A stretch of DNA of 64,000 nt from an uncultured Chromatiaceae bacterium (GCA_964421045.1 CAYQVF010000004.1:16846-80845), one strand, 5' to 3'. Shown: positions 21,159 through 31,960, counted from the first letter of the stretch. Notes: a model not told the origin generated them from the letters alone. Program-made: numbers and translations.

Positions 21159-22037
21159 ATGGCAATCAAGAAAAAAAGTGGATTAGGGCGGGGTTTAGGT
21201 TCCTTACTTACGAATACACAAACCGAAAATAGCCATCAGCAACCGAGTGACGGCGAACTGAGAACGCTGTCTATAGAGCTGATTCAGTCAGGCAAGTATC
21301 AGCCTCGTCGAGAGATGGATCAAGCGGCTTTGCAGGAGCTGGCGAATTCAATAAAAACACAAGGCATTATTCAGCCTATCGTCGTTAGAAAATTAGCGGG
21401 GGAAAAACAACGTTTTGAGATTATTGCTGGTGAGCGACGCTGGCGCGCAGCGCAACTGGCCGAATTACAAGATGTCCCCGTGGTCGTTCGAGAAGTCACC
21501 GATCAAGCGGCTTTGGCAATGGCGCTCATTGAAAATATTCAGCGTGAGGACTTAAACCCACTTGAGGAAGCCCTGTCTTTAAAACGGTTGATTACTGAAT
21601 TTGAATTAACGCATCAACAGGCTGCGGAAGCGGTTGGCCGCTCTCGGGCGGCTGTCTCTAATTTATTGCGCTTGCTTGATCTTGAACAGGGCGTGAAACG
21701 TTATGTGGAAAACGGCGATTTGGAAATGGGTCATGCTCGCGCGCTACTCGCTCTTACCGATACTCAGCAATGGCTTGCTGCACAAAAAATTGTGGCAAAA
21801 GGGTTGTCGGTTAGAGAAACGGAGAAACTGGTACGTAAGCAGCTTGCTGAGTCTGGCGACGCGCCAACGCAAATTAAACAAACGCCGGATCCTGATATCA
21901 GACACTTCCAAGAAAATCTATCTGCCAAGCTGGGTGCAAAAGTCGCGATTCAGCATAGCCCTAAAGGTAAAGGACAGTTGGTGATTCAATATAATAGCTT
22001 AGATGAACTAGAAGGCATATTAAATCATATAAAATAA
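21159..22037 (+). CDS. parB: Chromosome partitioning protein ParB/Spo0J
   Basis: MAIKKKSGLGRGL N-terminus, ParB box GERRWRAA, HTH region; ORF track begins at 21138. Confidence 0.9.
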   Translation: MAIKKKSGLGRGLGSLLTNTQTENSHQQPSDGELRTLSIELIQSGKYQPRREMDQAALQELANSIKTQGIIQPIVVRKLAGEKQRFEIIAGERRWRAAQLAELQDVPVVVREVTDQAALAMALIENIQREDLNPLEEALSLKRLITEFELTHQQAAEAVGRSRAAVSNLLRLLDLEQGVKRYVENGDLEMGHARALLALTDTQQWLAAQKIVAKGLSVRETEKLVRKQLAESGDAPTQIKQTPDPDIRHFQENLSAKLGAKVAIQHSPKGKGQLVIQYNSLDELEGILNHIK

Positions 22038-22084
22038 AACACCTAAATCTATAACGCTATGGATATATACGGTACAAGTTGGAG

Positions 22085-23284
22085 TTAATTTGCGATGGGC
22101 TTGATTTTGGATGCAACTGATTTAGCTCGATCGCGGGCTTCAGTTATATTTTCCCCATAAGCCAAAGCAACGCCCATTCGACGTTTTATATAGGACTCTG
22201 GTTTACCAAAAAGTCGTAAATCAGAACCGGGTACACTTAATGCTTCAGCGACACCTTCAAAAGCAATGCCTTGTTTTTCCAAGCCACCATAAATCACGGC
22301 ACTCGCACCTGGGCTACGCATATTAACGTCTACAGGCAAGCCAAGTATCGCTCGGGCATGGAGCTCAAATTCATTTTGGTGCTGGCTGACCAGGGTGACC
22401 ATCCCGGTGTCGTGTGGCCGTGGACTGACTTCACTGAAGCAAACACGATCTCCTATAATAAAAAGTTCTACACCAAAGAGTCCTTGTCCGCCTAAACGTC
22501 GAGTTACCTGTAGTGCTATCTCTTTACTCAACCGCCATGCGGTTGCCGACAGAGGCTGTGGTTGCCAGCTTTCAACATAATCGCCTTGCTCTTGAATGTG
22601 ACCTATGGGTTCGCAAAAATGCGTTTCAATATGACCCGACTCACCACGTGCTCTCACTGTCAACAGGGTGATTTCAAAATCAAACTCAATAACCTCTTCC
22701 GCGATCACTCGTCCATTATTTACACGGGCGCCACTCTGCGCATACGCCCAGGCCGCGTTAAGCTCCTCAGGACTGTTTACATAAGATTGCCCTTTTCCAG
22801 ACGAAGACATTACCGGTTTTATTATGCAGGGATAACCTATGCCACCGTCAACGACGACTTGTAAGGCATTGAGGCTATCAGCAAAACCATAACGAGAGGT
22901 CAGCAACCCCAATTCTTCTGCCGCTAGGCGACGTATGCCTTCTCTATTCATCGTTAGGTTCGTCGCTTGTGCTGTTGGAATCACAGTGCTATGTCCGTGT
23001 TGCTCTACTTCAAGCAAAACCTCTGTCGCAATCGCTTCAATTTCCGGAATAATATAATCCGGTTTCTCTTCCTCGATGAGCGCACGCAATGCGTCCGCAT
23101 CGGCCATATCGATGACATGAGCACGATGTGCAACTTGATGCCCAGGTGCGTTCGCATACCGATCAACAGCAATTACCTCAACACCTAAGCGTTGAAACGC
23201 AATAATGATTTCTTTGCCTAGCTCGCCGCTGCCTAATAGCATCACGCGTATGGCATTCGCGGTGAGTGGTGTTCCGATTTTCAT
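22085..23284 (-). CDS. purT: Formate-dependent phosphoribosylglycinamide formyltransferase PurT
   Basis: ATP-grasp; N-terminus MKIGTPL...[13 protein letters not shown] as in PurT; longest ORF starts 24 nt earlier (23308). Confidence 0.9.
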   Translation of the reverse strand: MKIGTPLTANAIRVMLLGSGELGKEIIIAFQRLGVEVIAVDRYANAPGHQVAHRAHVIDMADADALRALIEEEKPDYIIPEIEAIATEVLLEVEQHGHSTVIPTAQATNLTMNREGIRRLAAEELGLLTSRYGFADSLNALQVVVDGGIGYPCIIKPVMSSSGKGQSYVNSPEELNAAWAYAQSGARVNNGRVIAEEVIEFDFEITLLTVRARGESGHIETHFCEPIGHIQEQGDYVESWQPQPLSATAWRLSKEIALQVTRRLGGQGLFGVELFIIGDRVCFSEVSPRPHDTGMVTLVSQHQNEFELHARAILGLPVDVNMRSPGASAVIYGGLEKQGIAFEGVAEALSVPGSDLRLFGKPESYIKRRMGVALAYGENITEARDRAKSVASKIKPIAN

Positions 23285-23442
23285 TTGTACTCCTTCATTC
23301 ACAGCCATAGCCTCAACCCTGTCTATCTATGTTAAAAACATTATCTGATTAGGATGTTTAATGACACACTATCTAAAATTCTCGGTTTATGCTATATATT
23401 TCATTGTAAGTTCGATGATTATTAGTCATTCTGTGAGGCATC

Positions 23443-24024
23443 ATGGCCATAAATAAAGAAACCTCTGATATTGACCGCCGTAGCTTTGTTCGTATTAATG
23501 ATGATATTTACCTTGACTACTTAGTCTTAAGTGAGGATCTTGTAGAAAGTGCGATCCAGGAGTTCAATCAGCAAAGCAGCAATCATTTCAACCCCATTAA
23601 CCAGTTGCAAGCCCTCTCTATTAATAGCCAAAAACTTTTAGAAAACGTCAAACAAAACACCCCCGAACTTGCAGAATATTTGATCAGTATTGAAGAACGC
23701 ATCCAGTTACTTTCTCATGCTATCGCGCAAGATCAAGTGGGTGCGCCCGTGGTACCGAATGAAAATGTCAGTCTCAGTGCGGGTGGCCTCTCTTTTAATA
23801 GTCAGTTAGCTCATGAAGCTGGGACATTGATCGAAATTTCCATTATTATTACGCCCTCTTATTTACATATCTCCGCCTTAGGTGCCGTTGTTTATTGTCG
23901 TCGAGAAGAGGACGAAGACAACCCAAAGAGTCATTTTCCTTTCCGTATTGGTGTTGAATTTTCACATATTCATGATGCAGATCGAGAAGCCTTAGCTCGC
24001 CATGTTGACATACAGGTTAAATAA
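23443..24024 (+). CDS. PilZ-like c-di-GMP-binding candidate with atypically long spacer between motifs
   Basis: 193 aa; RxxxR (DRRSFVRIN) at aa 12-18 and [D/N]xSxxGG-like element (NVSLSAGGLSF) at aa ~106-116, followed by beta-rich segment; motif spacing ~90 aa instead of ~25. Confidence 0.45.
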   Translation: MAINKETSDIDRRSFVRINDDIYLDYLVLSEDLVESAIQEFNQQSSNHFNPINQLQALSINSQKLLENVKQNTPELAEYLISIEERIQLLSHAIAQDQVGAPVVPNENVSLSAGGLSFNSQLAHEAGTLIEISIIITPSYLHISALGAVVYCRREEDEDNPKSHFPFRIGVEFSHIHDADREALARHVDIQVK

Positions 24025-24224
24025 TCTCACCCATTCAGCACTTCCAGAGTTGTGAAATCAGCTCATTCCCCTGTTTTTCTAGGTTTAATAAAGACATCAT
24101 CTTCTAATGCTACACTTTTAGTCACGACTCAGTGAGGAGTCAAGCTGAGTCATTACCACTTTTTTTTATAACGTCTATACTAAATATAGAAGTCGATAAA
24201 AAAATACGCATTGGGCTAAAATAA

Positions 24225-24557
24225 ATGCAAAATAAACAAAATAGCAGCATCAAGCAGGCTGATTTTTACCCATCAGATGATGATGAGGAGGCGTGTTTCA
24301 AAAAGCATCTAGCTGAGCTTAGAGAAGCCATCAATTTGGCTGAAACCCGCCATAATATTATGGCTTATTATTGGGTTGAGGAAAGATTTGCTGTATTGCT
24401 TTGTTTTATTGAAGAAGGTAAACCGGCACGGTATGAAGAGCGCATTACCTTGGTCGATGAAACCCTACCCACTGACTGGGGTTTCTGGATGGATATTTTG
24501 GGCAATGCCTGGAATATGGAAAACGTGTTTGATCCCGTTGACCGCATTACGCATTAG
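24225..24557 (+). CDS. Hypothetical acidic protein (110 aa)
   Basis: ORF with upstream AT-rich region; no recognisable motif; convergent with next gene. Confidence 0.35.
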   Translation: MQNKQNSSIKQADFYPSDDDEEACFKKHLAELREAINLAETRHNIMAYYWVEERFAVLLCFIEEGKPARYEERITLVDETLPTDWGFWMDILGNAWNMENVFDPVDRITH

Positions 24558-24582
24558 AAGGATAAGCGCGTGATTACTCCTC

Positions 24583-25461
24583 TTATTCTTCGTTGGTTTT
24601 AATGCCCTGTTGCTCTAATGCCGCTTTTGCTTCACGTACCAATAAAGCCATATTCAGTTCTTCTTCCCAATCATACGGGGTCGCAGCTTGCAGTCCGGAC
24701 AAATCCAGGTCGGGGCATGAATGATCGGCATAAATTTTGGTTTTGCGAACCTCTTCCAGGTTAGCGGTCAGATCTGGCCAAGCGAGCTTAAAAAGGTCTG
24801 CGGGACGTGTGACATCCCATTGAGCCGCTAAACGATAATTGTCAGGCAACTGCTTAAAAGCCTCTTCAGTCCCGCAAATGCGATTATTTTGCTCATCTAA
24901 CTGATCGGTATATGTGTAAATAATAAGTTTTGGCTTATGCTTGAGCATCGCCGGTGTATGATTTTGTCCTGCCGGCATCCAAGATGAAAAAATAACATCA
25001 AACTTACCTTCAATGTTGGCAATGGGCTGCTCGCGCATGTCATAAAAATCTGGATCAAAAAAATTTTTGATTTGGTTGGGTTTGTTATCCGGGGTACGCG
25101 CGCCAATCACCGTCACGCCTTCTCTGGCAATCAAACTCCCGACAAAACCATTGCCGGGATGGACATCCAGAATAACCGGCTGTTTGCTGATTTGTTTAGC
25201 AATATGGACTAAGGTTCGGATTTCTTCCCGCAACGGGTAATAGTGATTGATCGTCGGCCCATTGATGACAGGATCTCTGTCGCCATTGCTGAAAATCAGA
25301 TAATGCAAAGGCAGCTTTTGTATACGTTCACTAAATGATTTATTTTCATCCCAAGCGGGTGTTGTTTTTTCCTGAAAAGAAAAAATACGATTAAATAATT
25401 CTTCCGTAAACACTTCCATATCTTGCAAAGGCGCAAACTTTGGATCTTTGAAAATATCCAT
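24583..25461 (-). CDS. Hypothetical protein, possible Rossmann-fold enzyme, translationally coupled to hemE
   Basis: 292 aa; ATG 2 nt after hemE stop; glycine-rich segment ILDVHPGNGFVGSLIAREGVTVIG resembles dinucleotide/SAM-binding loop; no family assignment possible by eye. Confidence 0.5.
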   Translation of the reverse strand: MDIFKDPKFAPLQDMEVFTEELFNRIFSFQEKTTPAWDENKSFSERIQKLPLHYLIFSNGDRDPVINGPTINHYYPLREEIRTLVHIAKQISKQPVILDVHPGNGFVGSLIAREGVTVIGARTPDNKPNQIKNFFDPDFYDMREQPIANIEGKFDVIFSSWMPAGQNHTPAMLKHKPKLIIYTYTDQLDEQNNRICGTEEAFKQLPDNYRLAAQWDVTRPADLFKLAWPDLTANLEEVRKTKIYADHSCPDLDLSGLQAATPYDWEEELNMALLVREAKAALEQQGIKTNEE

Positions 25462-25463
25462 TT

Positions 25464-26531
25464 TTAATTTCCGTGGTACAGAGTGCTGAGTTCATGAACT
25501 GAGTCGACCAGTACTTTGACGTTGTCTGGGTCGATATGCTGATGAATGCCATGACCGAGGTTAAATACATGCCCTGAACCTTGACCATAACTGGCCAAGA
25601 TGGTTGCGACTTCTTCACGCACTCGCTCGGGTGAAGCATAGAGTATTGAAGGGTCCATATTACCTTGTAGCGCAACTTTGTCACCCACACGACGCCTTGC
25701 TTCAGCAATTTCAATCGTCCAGTCCAGACCCAAGGCATCACAACCCGTCGTTGCCATACTCTCCAGCCAGGCACTACCGCCTTTGGTGAATAAAACGACA
25801 GGGACTTTGCGTCCTTCTGATTCTCGGTTTAATCCATCAATAATACGCGCCATATAATTCAATGAAAATGTTTTATAGTCGCGAGGTGTTAACGCGCCGC
25901 CCCACGTATCAAAAATCATCACTGCTTGAGCACCCGCCGCAATTTGTGCATTCAAATAAGAGATAACCGATTGGGCGACTTTATCCAATAACATATGCAT
26001 CAGGTCAGGGCGGTCAAACATCATGCCTTTTACTTTTGCAAAATCTTTACTGGAGCTGCCTTCAACCATATAAGTGGCCAGAGTCCAAGGGCTGCCAGAG
26101 AAACCAATCAAGGGTACACGCCCATTTAACTCTTTGCGAATTAAACTGACGGCATCAATAACATAACGCAACTCGGCATCGGGATCGGGTATCCCTAACT
26201 TTTTCACCGCCGCTTCGGTTTGCACTGGATTTTTGAAACGAGGCCCTTCACCTTCAGCAAAGTACAAACCTAAGCCCATCGCATCAGGAATCGTTAAAAT
26301 ATCGGAAAATAAAATAGCCGCATCTAGGTCAAAACGATCCAAAGGTTGCATCGTTACTTCACAGGCTAATTCGGGCGCGGTACACAAATCCATAAACGAC
26401 CCAGCGCGAGCACGAGTGGCTTTATATTCGGGAAGATAGCGCCCTGCTTGACGCATAATCCAAATGGGTGTGCAGTCTACTGGCTCCCCTAACAACGCTT
26501 TTAAGTATCGATCATTTTTTAATTCAATCAT
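25464..26531 (-). CDS. hemE: Uroporphyrinogen decarboxylase HemE
   Basis: 355 aa; N-terminal [11 protein letters not shown] signature and full-length HemE similarity. Confidence 0.95.
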   Translation of the reverse strand: MIELKNDRYLKALLGEPVDCTPIWIMRQAGRYLPEYKATRARAGSFMDLCTAPELACEVTMQPLDRFDLDAAILFSDILTIPDAMGLGLYFAEGEGPRFKNPVQTEAAVKKLGIPDPDAELRYVIDAVSLIRKELNGRVPLIGFSGSPWTLATYMVEGSSSKDFAKVKGMMFDRPDLMHMLLDKVAQSVISYLNAQIAAGAQAVMIFDTWGGALTPRDYKTFSLNYMARIIDGLNRESEGRKVPVVLFTKGGSAWLESMATTGCDALGLDWTIEIAEARRRVGDKVALQGNMDPSILYASPERVREEVATILASYGQGSGHVFNLGHGIHQHIDPDNVKVLVDSVHELSTLYHGN

Positions 26532-26705
26532 TTTGTTATTATTTTCCTTAGCCCAACAAGCAGTCCTACACCCAGCAAAAAGGCAGTCAGTATACTCGTG
26601 TGTGTTCCGGCAATCAATCTGAGAAGCTGCGGCAACGTCGTATCTTCTTGTTTTATATGATACAAACGTAGGCTAAAATTTAAATGCGATATGGGTTAAG
26701 GGTCT

Positions 26706-26875
26706 GTAAATAAATAACTCAACATTCTGCGCCGGATAGCTTTTTGTATTCAAAGCACAAAAAGGGGCACACCCCAAGAGCACTTCTTCCAGGGCGCATA
26801 CTCGTTGTATGTAACCTTTTTTGTAACACCGAAAACGAAAGGCTAGACCAGTAGAATGTTGAGTTATTTATTTAC
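26706..26875. repeat. Inverted-repeat-flanked ~170-bp element (MITE-like) at 3' end of nap operon
   Basis: Perfect 23-bp IR GTAAATAAATAACTCAACATTCT (26706-26728) / AGAATGTTGAGTTATTTATTTAC (26853-26875), extendable to ~35 bp with indels; ~124-bp core with small GGGG-caca-CCCC hairpin. Confidence 0.6.
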
Positions 26876-26886
26876 GGCCCCTAAGT

Positions 26887-27480
26887 TTAATCCCAACCCT
26901 CAACACCAGTCATATCGGGTAAATGATGGGCAATGCCTTTGTGACAATCAATGCATGTTTTTTCTTTACTTGCTAGCGCGGTAGAATGTTGATGAGTAGC
27001 TCGTTTACTTTGTTTGGTAAAATCCATGAATTCAAAATCATGACAATTTCTACACTCCAGTGAATCATTTGCTTTAAGCCTTGCCCATTCACGTTCAGCA
27101 AGCTCACGGCGTTTCGCAAGAAATTTGTCACGGGTGTTGATCGTCCCAAATACCTTACCCCAAATTTCTTTTGATGCCTCCATTTTACGTGCAATTTTAG
27201 CCGTCCACTCATGAGGAACATGACAATCAGAACATTTGGCGCGAACACCAGAGCGATTGCTAAAATGTATCGTGGTTTGTAGCTCCTGGTAAACATTATC
27301 ATACATTTCGTGGCAGCCTGTACAAAACTCCTCTGTACTTGAAAATTCCAATGCCGTATTAAAACCACCCCAGAAAATAATACCCATGACAAAACTTGCC
27401 AAGGTTAAAAAGCCAAGGCTGTAATGAGTGCTGGGACGCCTGATTACTTTCCAGTAAAAAAGTAGTTTTTCTTTTAACAT
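26887..27480 (-). CDS. napC: Membrane-anchored tetrahaem cytochrome c NapC (NapC/NirT family)
   Basis: 197 aa; N-terminal TM helix; four CxxCH motifs (CTGCH, CSDCH, CRNCH, CIDCH). Confidence 0.9.
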   Translation of the reverse strand: MLKEKLLFYWKVIRRPSTHYSLGFLTLASFVMGIIFWGGFNTALEFSSTEEFCTGCHEMYDNVYQELQTTIHFSNRSGVRAKCSDCHVPHEWTAKIARKMEASKEIWGKVFGTINTRDKFLAKRRELAEREWARLKANDSLECRNCHDFEFMDFTKQSKRATHQHSTALASKEKTCIDCHKGIAHHLPDMTGVEGWD

Positions 27481-27487
27481 CTTGCGC

Positions 27488-27934
27488 CTATTTATTATTT
27501 TTCAAAAGGTCATCAACATCTTTAAATGTATTGCCCACTAACGGTTTGACTTCTGTTTGTATAACATGACATTGTTGACAAAAATATCGTCGTGGCGATA
27601 CGTCAGCAAGAAAATTACCATCCCGATCCATATAGTGGGTGACACTGATCATGGGGGCTTGACTTTCTTCTGTGCGTTTTCGACTATGACATGATAAGCA
27701 TTTATTGGAGTATAAATCGACACGGTAATCTCTTATTTTATGCGGAATAGTGGGAGGCTGCATGGGGTAATTTCGTTTGCGCTTAATGTCTTTATTTTCA
27801 ACATTCGCTATATGCTCCGCTTTACCTTGTTTATTCAAGGCGCTGTCACCGCGTAACGTAGCAATATTATCCGCAGCATTGGCGGTGAAGCCCGAGATGA
27901 ATATCAGAGCGATTAGAATGGTGAGTCGCTTCAT
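27488..27934 (-). CDS. napB: Periplasmic dihaem cytochrome c NapB
   Basis: 148 aa; signal peptide; two CxxCH (CLSCH, CQQCH); immediately downstream of napA. Confidence 0.85.
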   Translation of the reverse strand: MKRLTILIALIFISGFTANAADNIATLRGDSALNKQGKAEHIANVENKDIKRKRNYPMQPPTIPHKIRDYRVDLYSNKCLSCHSRKRTEESQAPMISVTHYMDRDGNFLADVSPRRYFCQQCHVIQTEVKPLVGNTFKDVDDLLKNNK

Positions 27935-27948
27935 GATGGTCTCCTTAT

Positions 27949-30444
27949 TTATGCTTTGATCACTTTACAGGCGCATTTTTTAAAATCTGTTTGTTTCGAA
28001 ATAGGGTCGGTCGCATCTAATATTAATTTATTAATTAAACGACTGGCATCAAACCAGGGTACGAAGACCAAGCCTGGCGGGGGTTTGTTACGGCCGCGTG
28101 TTTCAACTCGTGTTCTAATTTCTCCACGTCGTGACACTATTTTCACTTCATCTCCACGTCGAATATTGCGTTTTCGGGCATCTTCTGGATGCATATAGAC
28201 AACCGCATCAGGTATTGCTCGATAGAGTTCCGGTACTCGCTGCGTCATGGAACCCGAGTGCCAATGTTCTAATACTCGCCCTGTAGATAACCACAGGTCA
28301 TAGTCTTTATCCGGTGATTCTGCAGGCGGTTCGTATGGTAGGGCATAAATGACGGCCTTGCCATCGGGTTTTCCGTAGAAATCAAAGTCCTTACCCGGTT
28401 TGACATAAGGGTCGCTGCCTTCTTTAAAACGCCACAAAGTTTCTTTGCCATTAACCACGGGCCAGCGTAATCCACGCCCCTGATGATAACGATCAAAATC
28501 AGCTAAATCATGGGCTTTTTTTCGACCAAAACCGGCATATTCCTCGAACAATCCTTTTTGGATGTAAAAATTAAATGCTTTTGATTCCGTATTGTTATAA
28601 TCTTTGGCTGTTTCGGATAATGGAAATTTATTAACCTGGCCATTTTTAAATAAGACTTCGTACAATGTTTTATTTTTATAGTCTGGATTGTTATCCAATA
28701 TCTCTTTTGGCCAGACTTCTTCTGTGGTAAAGCGCTTGGAAAATTCCACGAGTTGCCAGAGGTCAGATTTAGCTTCACCTGGTGCATCGACGAGCTGATA
28801 CCAAAATTGCGTGCGTCTCTCTGCATTGCCGTAGGCACCTTCTTTTTCCACCCACATCGCTGAGGGCAAAATCAAGTCGGCTGCTTGTGCCGAAACGGTA
28901 GGGTAGGCTTCAGATACGACAATGAAATTTTTCGGATTTCGATACCCAGGTAAAGTTTCTTCGTTCAAGTTCGGCGCTGCTTGAACATTGTTATTGACTT
29001 GCAACCAATAGGCGTTAATTTCACCGTCTTTGAGTTTTCGGTTTTGCAGTACGGCATGTGCCCCGGGTTCATCAGGAATTACACCTTCGGGCAACTTCCA
29101 TTTTTTTTCTGCAAACTTGCGGTGTTCTGGATTTTTAATTACCATATCAGCAGGTAAGCGATGAGAAAAAGTACCGACTTCACGTGCTGTACCACAGGCA
29201 GAAGGTTGTCCTGTGAGTGAAAATGGGCTGTTACCTGGCGTCGATATTTTTCCGGTCAATAAATGTATATTGTAGATCATGTTGTTCGCCCAAACACCAC
29301 GAGTATGTTGATTGAAACCCATGGTCCAGAGTGACATTACTTTAATCGTTGGGTCAGCATATAATTCAGCCAAACTTTTGAGCTTTTCCTGAGAGACTCC
29401 GGATAATCTGGCAACATAATCGACATCATATTTTTTTACGAAAGAAGCAAACTCATCAAATGTTATGGGTATAGATTCACCGGCAGTCTTAACATTTTTG
29501 GCTTTTTTCTGCAAAGGATGTTCTGGGCGCAAGCCATAGCCGATGTCCGTTGTACCCAAACGAAAATTGACATGCTTGGCGACAAAATCCTTATTCACTT
29601 TTTTATTCTGAATAATATAATTAGCAATATAATTCAACATCGCTAAATCAGTTTGCGGTTTGAATATGATCGGCATATCAGCTAATTCAAAGGAACGATG
29701 TTGAAAAACAGAAAGTACTGCAACTTTGACATGAGGATTGCTTAATCGACGATCGGTAAGCCGCGTCCATAGAATAGGGTGCATTTCTGCCATATTGGAA
29801 CCCCATAAAACAAACGCATCGGCGTATTCAAAATCATCATAACAACCCATCGGCTCATCAATGCCAAAAGTACGCATAAAACCGCCTACCGCTGAGGCCA
29901 TACAATGCCGAGCGTTAGGATCAATATTATTAGTACGGAACCCCGCCTTCATTAATTTTAATGCAGCATACCCCTCCCAAATCGTCCATTGACCCGAGCC
30001 AAACATAGCAATGCCTTTAGGGCCTTTTTCTTTTAACACGGCTTTAAATTTTTTTTCCATGACGTCAAAGGCTTCATCCCACGAGACCGGTGTAAAGTCA
30101 CCATCCTTATCGTACTTGCCATTGCGTTTGCGTAACAGGGGTTGAGTCAGTCGATCTTGCCCGTACATGATTTTGGAAAGAAAATAACCTTTCACACAGT
30201 TTAAGCCTTTGTTAACAGGTGATTTAATATCGCCATGTGTAGCAACAACCAAGCCGTCTTTGACACCCACATTAACACTGCAGCCGGTACCGCAAAATCG
30301 GCAAGGTGCTTTAGACCAAGTCAGCTTTGTTTTTTCCGAATTCGTAACTAAATTGGCAGCCTGAACCGGAATTGAAATACCCGCTGCAGCCGCCGCTGCG
30401 GCTATGGCATTGGCTTTGATGAAATCTCGACGGTTTGGCTTCAT
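27949..30444 (-). CDS. napA: Periplasmic nitrate reductase catalytic subunit NapA
   Basis: Tat signal [29 protein letters not shown]; N-terminal 4Fe-4S Cys motif ([10 protein letters not shown]...); molybdopterin oxidoreductase length (~830 aa). Confidence 0.95.
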   Translation of the reverse strand: MKPNRRDFIKANAIAAAAAAAGISIPVQAANLVTNSEKTKLTWSKAPCRFCGTGCSVNVGVKDGLVVATHGDIKSPVNKGLNCVKGYFLSKIMYGQDRLTQPLLRKRNGKYDKDGDFTPVSWDEAFDVMEKKFKAVLKEKGPKGIAMFGSGQWTIWEGYAALKLMKAGFRTNNIDPNARHCMASAVGGFMRTFGIDEPMGCYDDFEYADAFVLWGSNMAEMHPILWTRLTDRRLSNPHVKVAVLSVFQHRSFELADMPIIFKPQTDLAMLNYIANYIIQNKKVNKDFVAKHVNFRLGTTDIGYGLRPEHPLQKKAKNVKTAGESIPITFDEFASFVKKYDVDYVARLSGVSQEKLKSLAELYADPTIKVMSLWTMGFNQHTRGVWANNMIYNIHLLTGKISTPGNSPFSLTGQPSACGTAREVGTFSHRLPADMVIKNPEHRKFAEKKWKLPEGVIPDEPGAHAVLQNRKLKDGEINAYWLQVNNNVQAAPNLNEETLPGYRNPKNFIVVSEAYPTVSAQAADLILPSAMWVEKEGAYGNAERRTQFWYQLVDAPGEAKSDLWQLVEFSKRFTTEEVWPKEILDNNPDYKNKTLYEVLFKNGQVNKFPLSETAKDYNNTESKAFNFYIQKGLFEEYAGFGRKKAHDLADFDRYHQGRGLRWPVVNGKETLWRFKEGSDPYVKPGKDFDFYGKPDGKAVIYALPYEPPAESPDKDYDLWLSTGRVLEHWHSGSMTQRVPELYRAIPDAVVYMHPEDARKRNIRRGDEVKIVSRRGEIRTRVETRGRNKPPPGLVFVPWFDASRLINKLILDATDPISKQTDFKKCACKVIKA

Positions 30445-30468
30445 GAGCATTCCTCATTGGTCGCTAAA

Positions 30469-30711
30469 TTAATCAATTTGGTGATAAACCAGGGTTGCGG
30501 TGAGTACACCGTCAAGGTCTTGAATGTAATCAATCGCAGTTAAAATTGATTGCTCTTCTTCAGTTTCTAACAAAACAATAAACTTCCCATCAGGATCTTG
30601 ACCCTGGATTTCAATCTGCGGAAATAATTTTGTTTGCCGGATAACAGACTCCAGCTTTGATCGTTCAACATAAACAACCAGGCTGCTAATATGAACGGGT
30701 TTAGGCATCAT
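30469..30711 (-). CDS. napD: NapA chaperone NapD
   Basis: 80 aa, position between napF and napA, NapD-like size and ferredoxin-like fold sequence. Confidence 0.7.
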   Translation of the reverse strand: MMPKPVHISSLVVYVERSKLESVIRQTKLFPQIEIQGQDPDGKFIVLLETEEEQSILTAIDYIQDLDGVLTATLVYHQID

Positions 30712-31210
30712 GCGTTTTTTCCTCCTCCCTCATCAACACACTTATGGCTCGGGTTGGACAACTGCTAACGCAAGCTCCGCAGCCCGTACAATTATAATCA
30801 ACGATCTGAGGTTGGGCGACAGCGCCAAGGCGAGATTGAAAGCGAATAGCATTGGTATCACAGACATCCTGACAACTCTGGCATACGACGCTTTGATACG
30901 CCAAACAGGTATTGTGAATTTGCGCGCGAGCGGCCCAAGGTAAAACACTTAATTTTTTTTCAAATAAAGGCTCACGGCAGGCCAAAGCACACTTTTGACA
31001 AAAGGTGCACTCACCTTTGAGAAAATCAATCTGTGGAAATCCGCCATCCCCTTTGCGAATAATAGATTGCGGGCACGCTTTTATGCAGTCCCCACAACGT
31101 GTACAGAGTTCGGTGAAAGTTTGCTGTGTTGTTTTTAACCAGGGCATGCGGAATAGTTTGTTTTGCGTAGCAAAACGAGCAAGCATCCAATTGCGGCGTC
31201 CCAAGTCCAT
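30701..31210 (-). CDS. napF: Ferredoxin-type protein NapF
   Basis: 169 aa; multiple CxxCxxCxxxCP 4Fe-4S motifs (CTRCGDCIKACP, CTFCQKCALAC, CQSCQDVC, CTGCGACVSSCP); overlaps napD by 11 nt. Confidence 0.8.
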   Translation of the reverse strand: MDLGRRNWMLARFATQNKLFRMPWLKTTQQTFTELCTRCGDCIKACPQSIIRKGDGGFPQIDFLKGECTFCQKCALACREPLFEKKLSVLPWAARAQIHNTCLAYQSVVCQSCQDVCDTNAIRFQSRLGAVAQPQIVDYNCTGCGACVSSCPTRAISVLMREEEKTHDA

Positions 31211-31233
31211 TTTTTATACTGATAAAAATCCCT

Positions 31234-31386
31234 TCAAAGTCCAGTAGGTTTCATTATTAGCTGTATAAACCAAACCAAAAAACCATAGCCCCCAACAATC
31301 AAAACAGATAAAATGGGTGCCAAAAATACGGCGAGTATCAAAAAAGCAAGCCTTTCATCTTGTTTTTTAACCTCTTTATCAGCCAA
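31234..31386 (-). CDS. napE: Small membrane protein NapE (not in ORF track; TTG start)
   Basis: 50-aa ORF (M/L)ADKEVKKQDERLAFLILAVFLAPILSVLIVGGYGFLVWFIQLIMKPTGL; conserved NapE core (AFL..L.PILSV..VGGYGF.VW); AAGGAG SD 5 nt upstream of TTG; 23 bp upstream of napF. Confidence 0.6.
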   Translation of the reverse strand: MADKEVKKQDERLAFLILAVFLAPILSVLIVGGYGFLVWFIQLIMKPTGL

Positions 31387-31550
31387 AGCCCTCTCCTTGC
31401 ATGACCCGAGATGCAGCCCGTATTGACACCGTCACAAAAAAATCATGATGCCTTCCAAAAAAAGATATTTCTTGTAAATCATGCCATAATCAGATGCAGT
31501 AATCTAGGCTGATCGCATTAAAAATATAATAAAAATGAGGCATTGATAGC

Positions 31551-31835
31551 ATGATTTCAAAATTCCGATTGATCAGTTTTGCAGAAGGCGGTTCTTTTTT
31601 ATTGCTGTTATTCGTTGCTATGCCATTAAAATATGGCATGGATCTACCTTTTGCTGTAACGGTCATGGGCTGGGTTCATGGTTTACTCTTTATGGCTTAT
31701 CTATATTTCGCGATGGGCTGTAGTGCCAGATACGACTGGACTGAACGTTTTACGGGATTAACCCTATTAGCGGGCGTGATCCCTTTTGCCTGCTTTTTTC
31801 TAGACAGACACCTTAGACAGTCCATTTCAACGTAA
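31551..31835 (+). CDS. DUF3817-family small membrane protein
   Basis: 94 aa, three predicted TM helices, conserved DUF3817-like N-terminus (FRLISFAEGGSFLLLLFVAMPLKY). Confidence 0.55.
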   Translation: MISKFRLISFAEGGSFLLLLFVAMPLKYGMDLPFAVTVMGWVHGLLFMAYLYFAMGCSARYDWTERFTGLTLLAGVIPFACFFLDRHLRQSIST

Positions 31836-31960
31836 AAGTAAAACAGCTGCCATACTATACCCCATAGTGTTTAGTCTTTCCTATAAGTGTATTTGTTTTG
31901 TTATTGTTTCTATGGGAGAATGATTTTTTTTAATTCACCCTGATACGAAAGGTTTTAAGC

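Noticed and set aside
24126-24167. Intrinsic terminator after PilZ-like gene (GACTCAG…CTGAGTC hairpin + T9)
   Set aside because: T-run is separated from the hairpin by 8 nt, which is atypical; left as uncertain rather than annotated.
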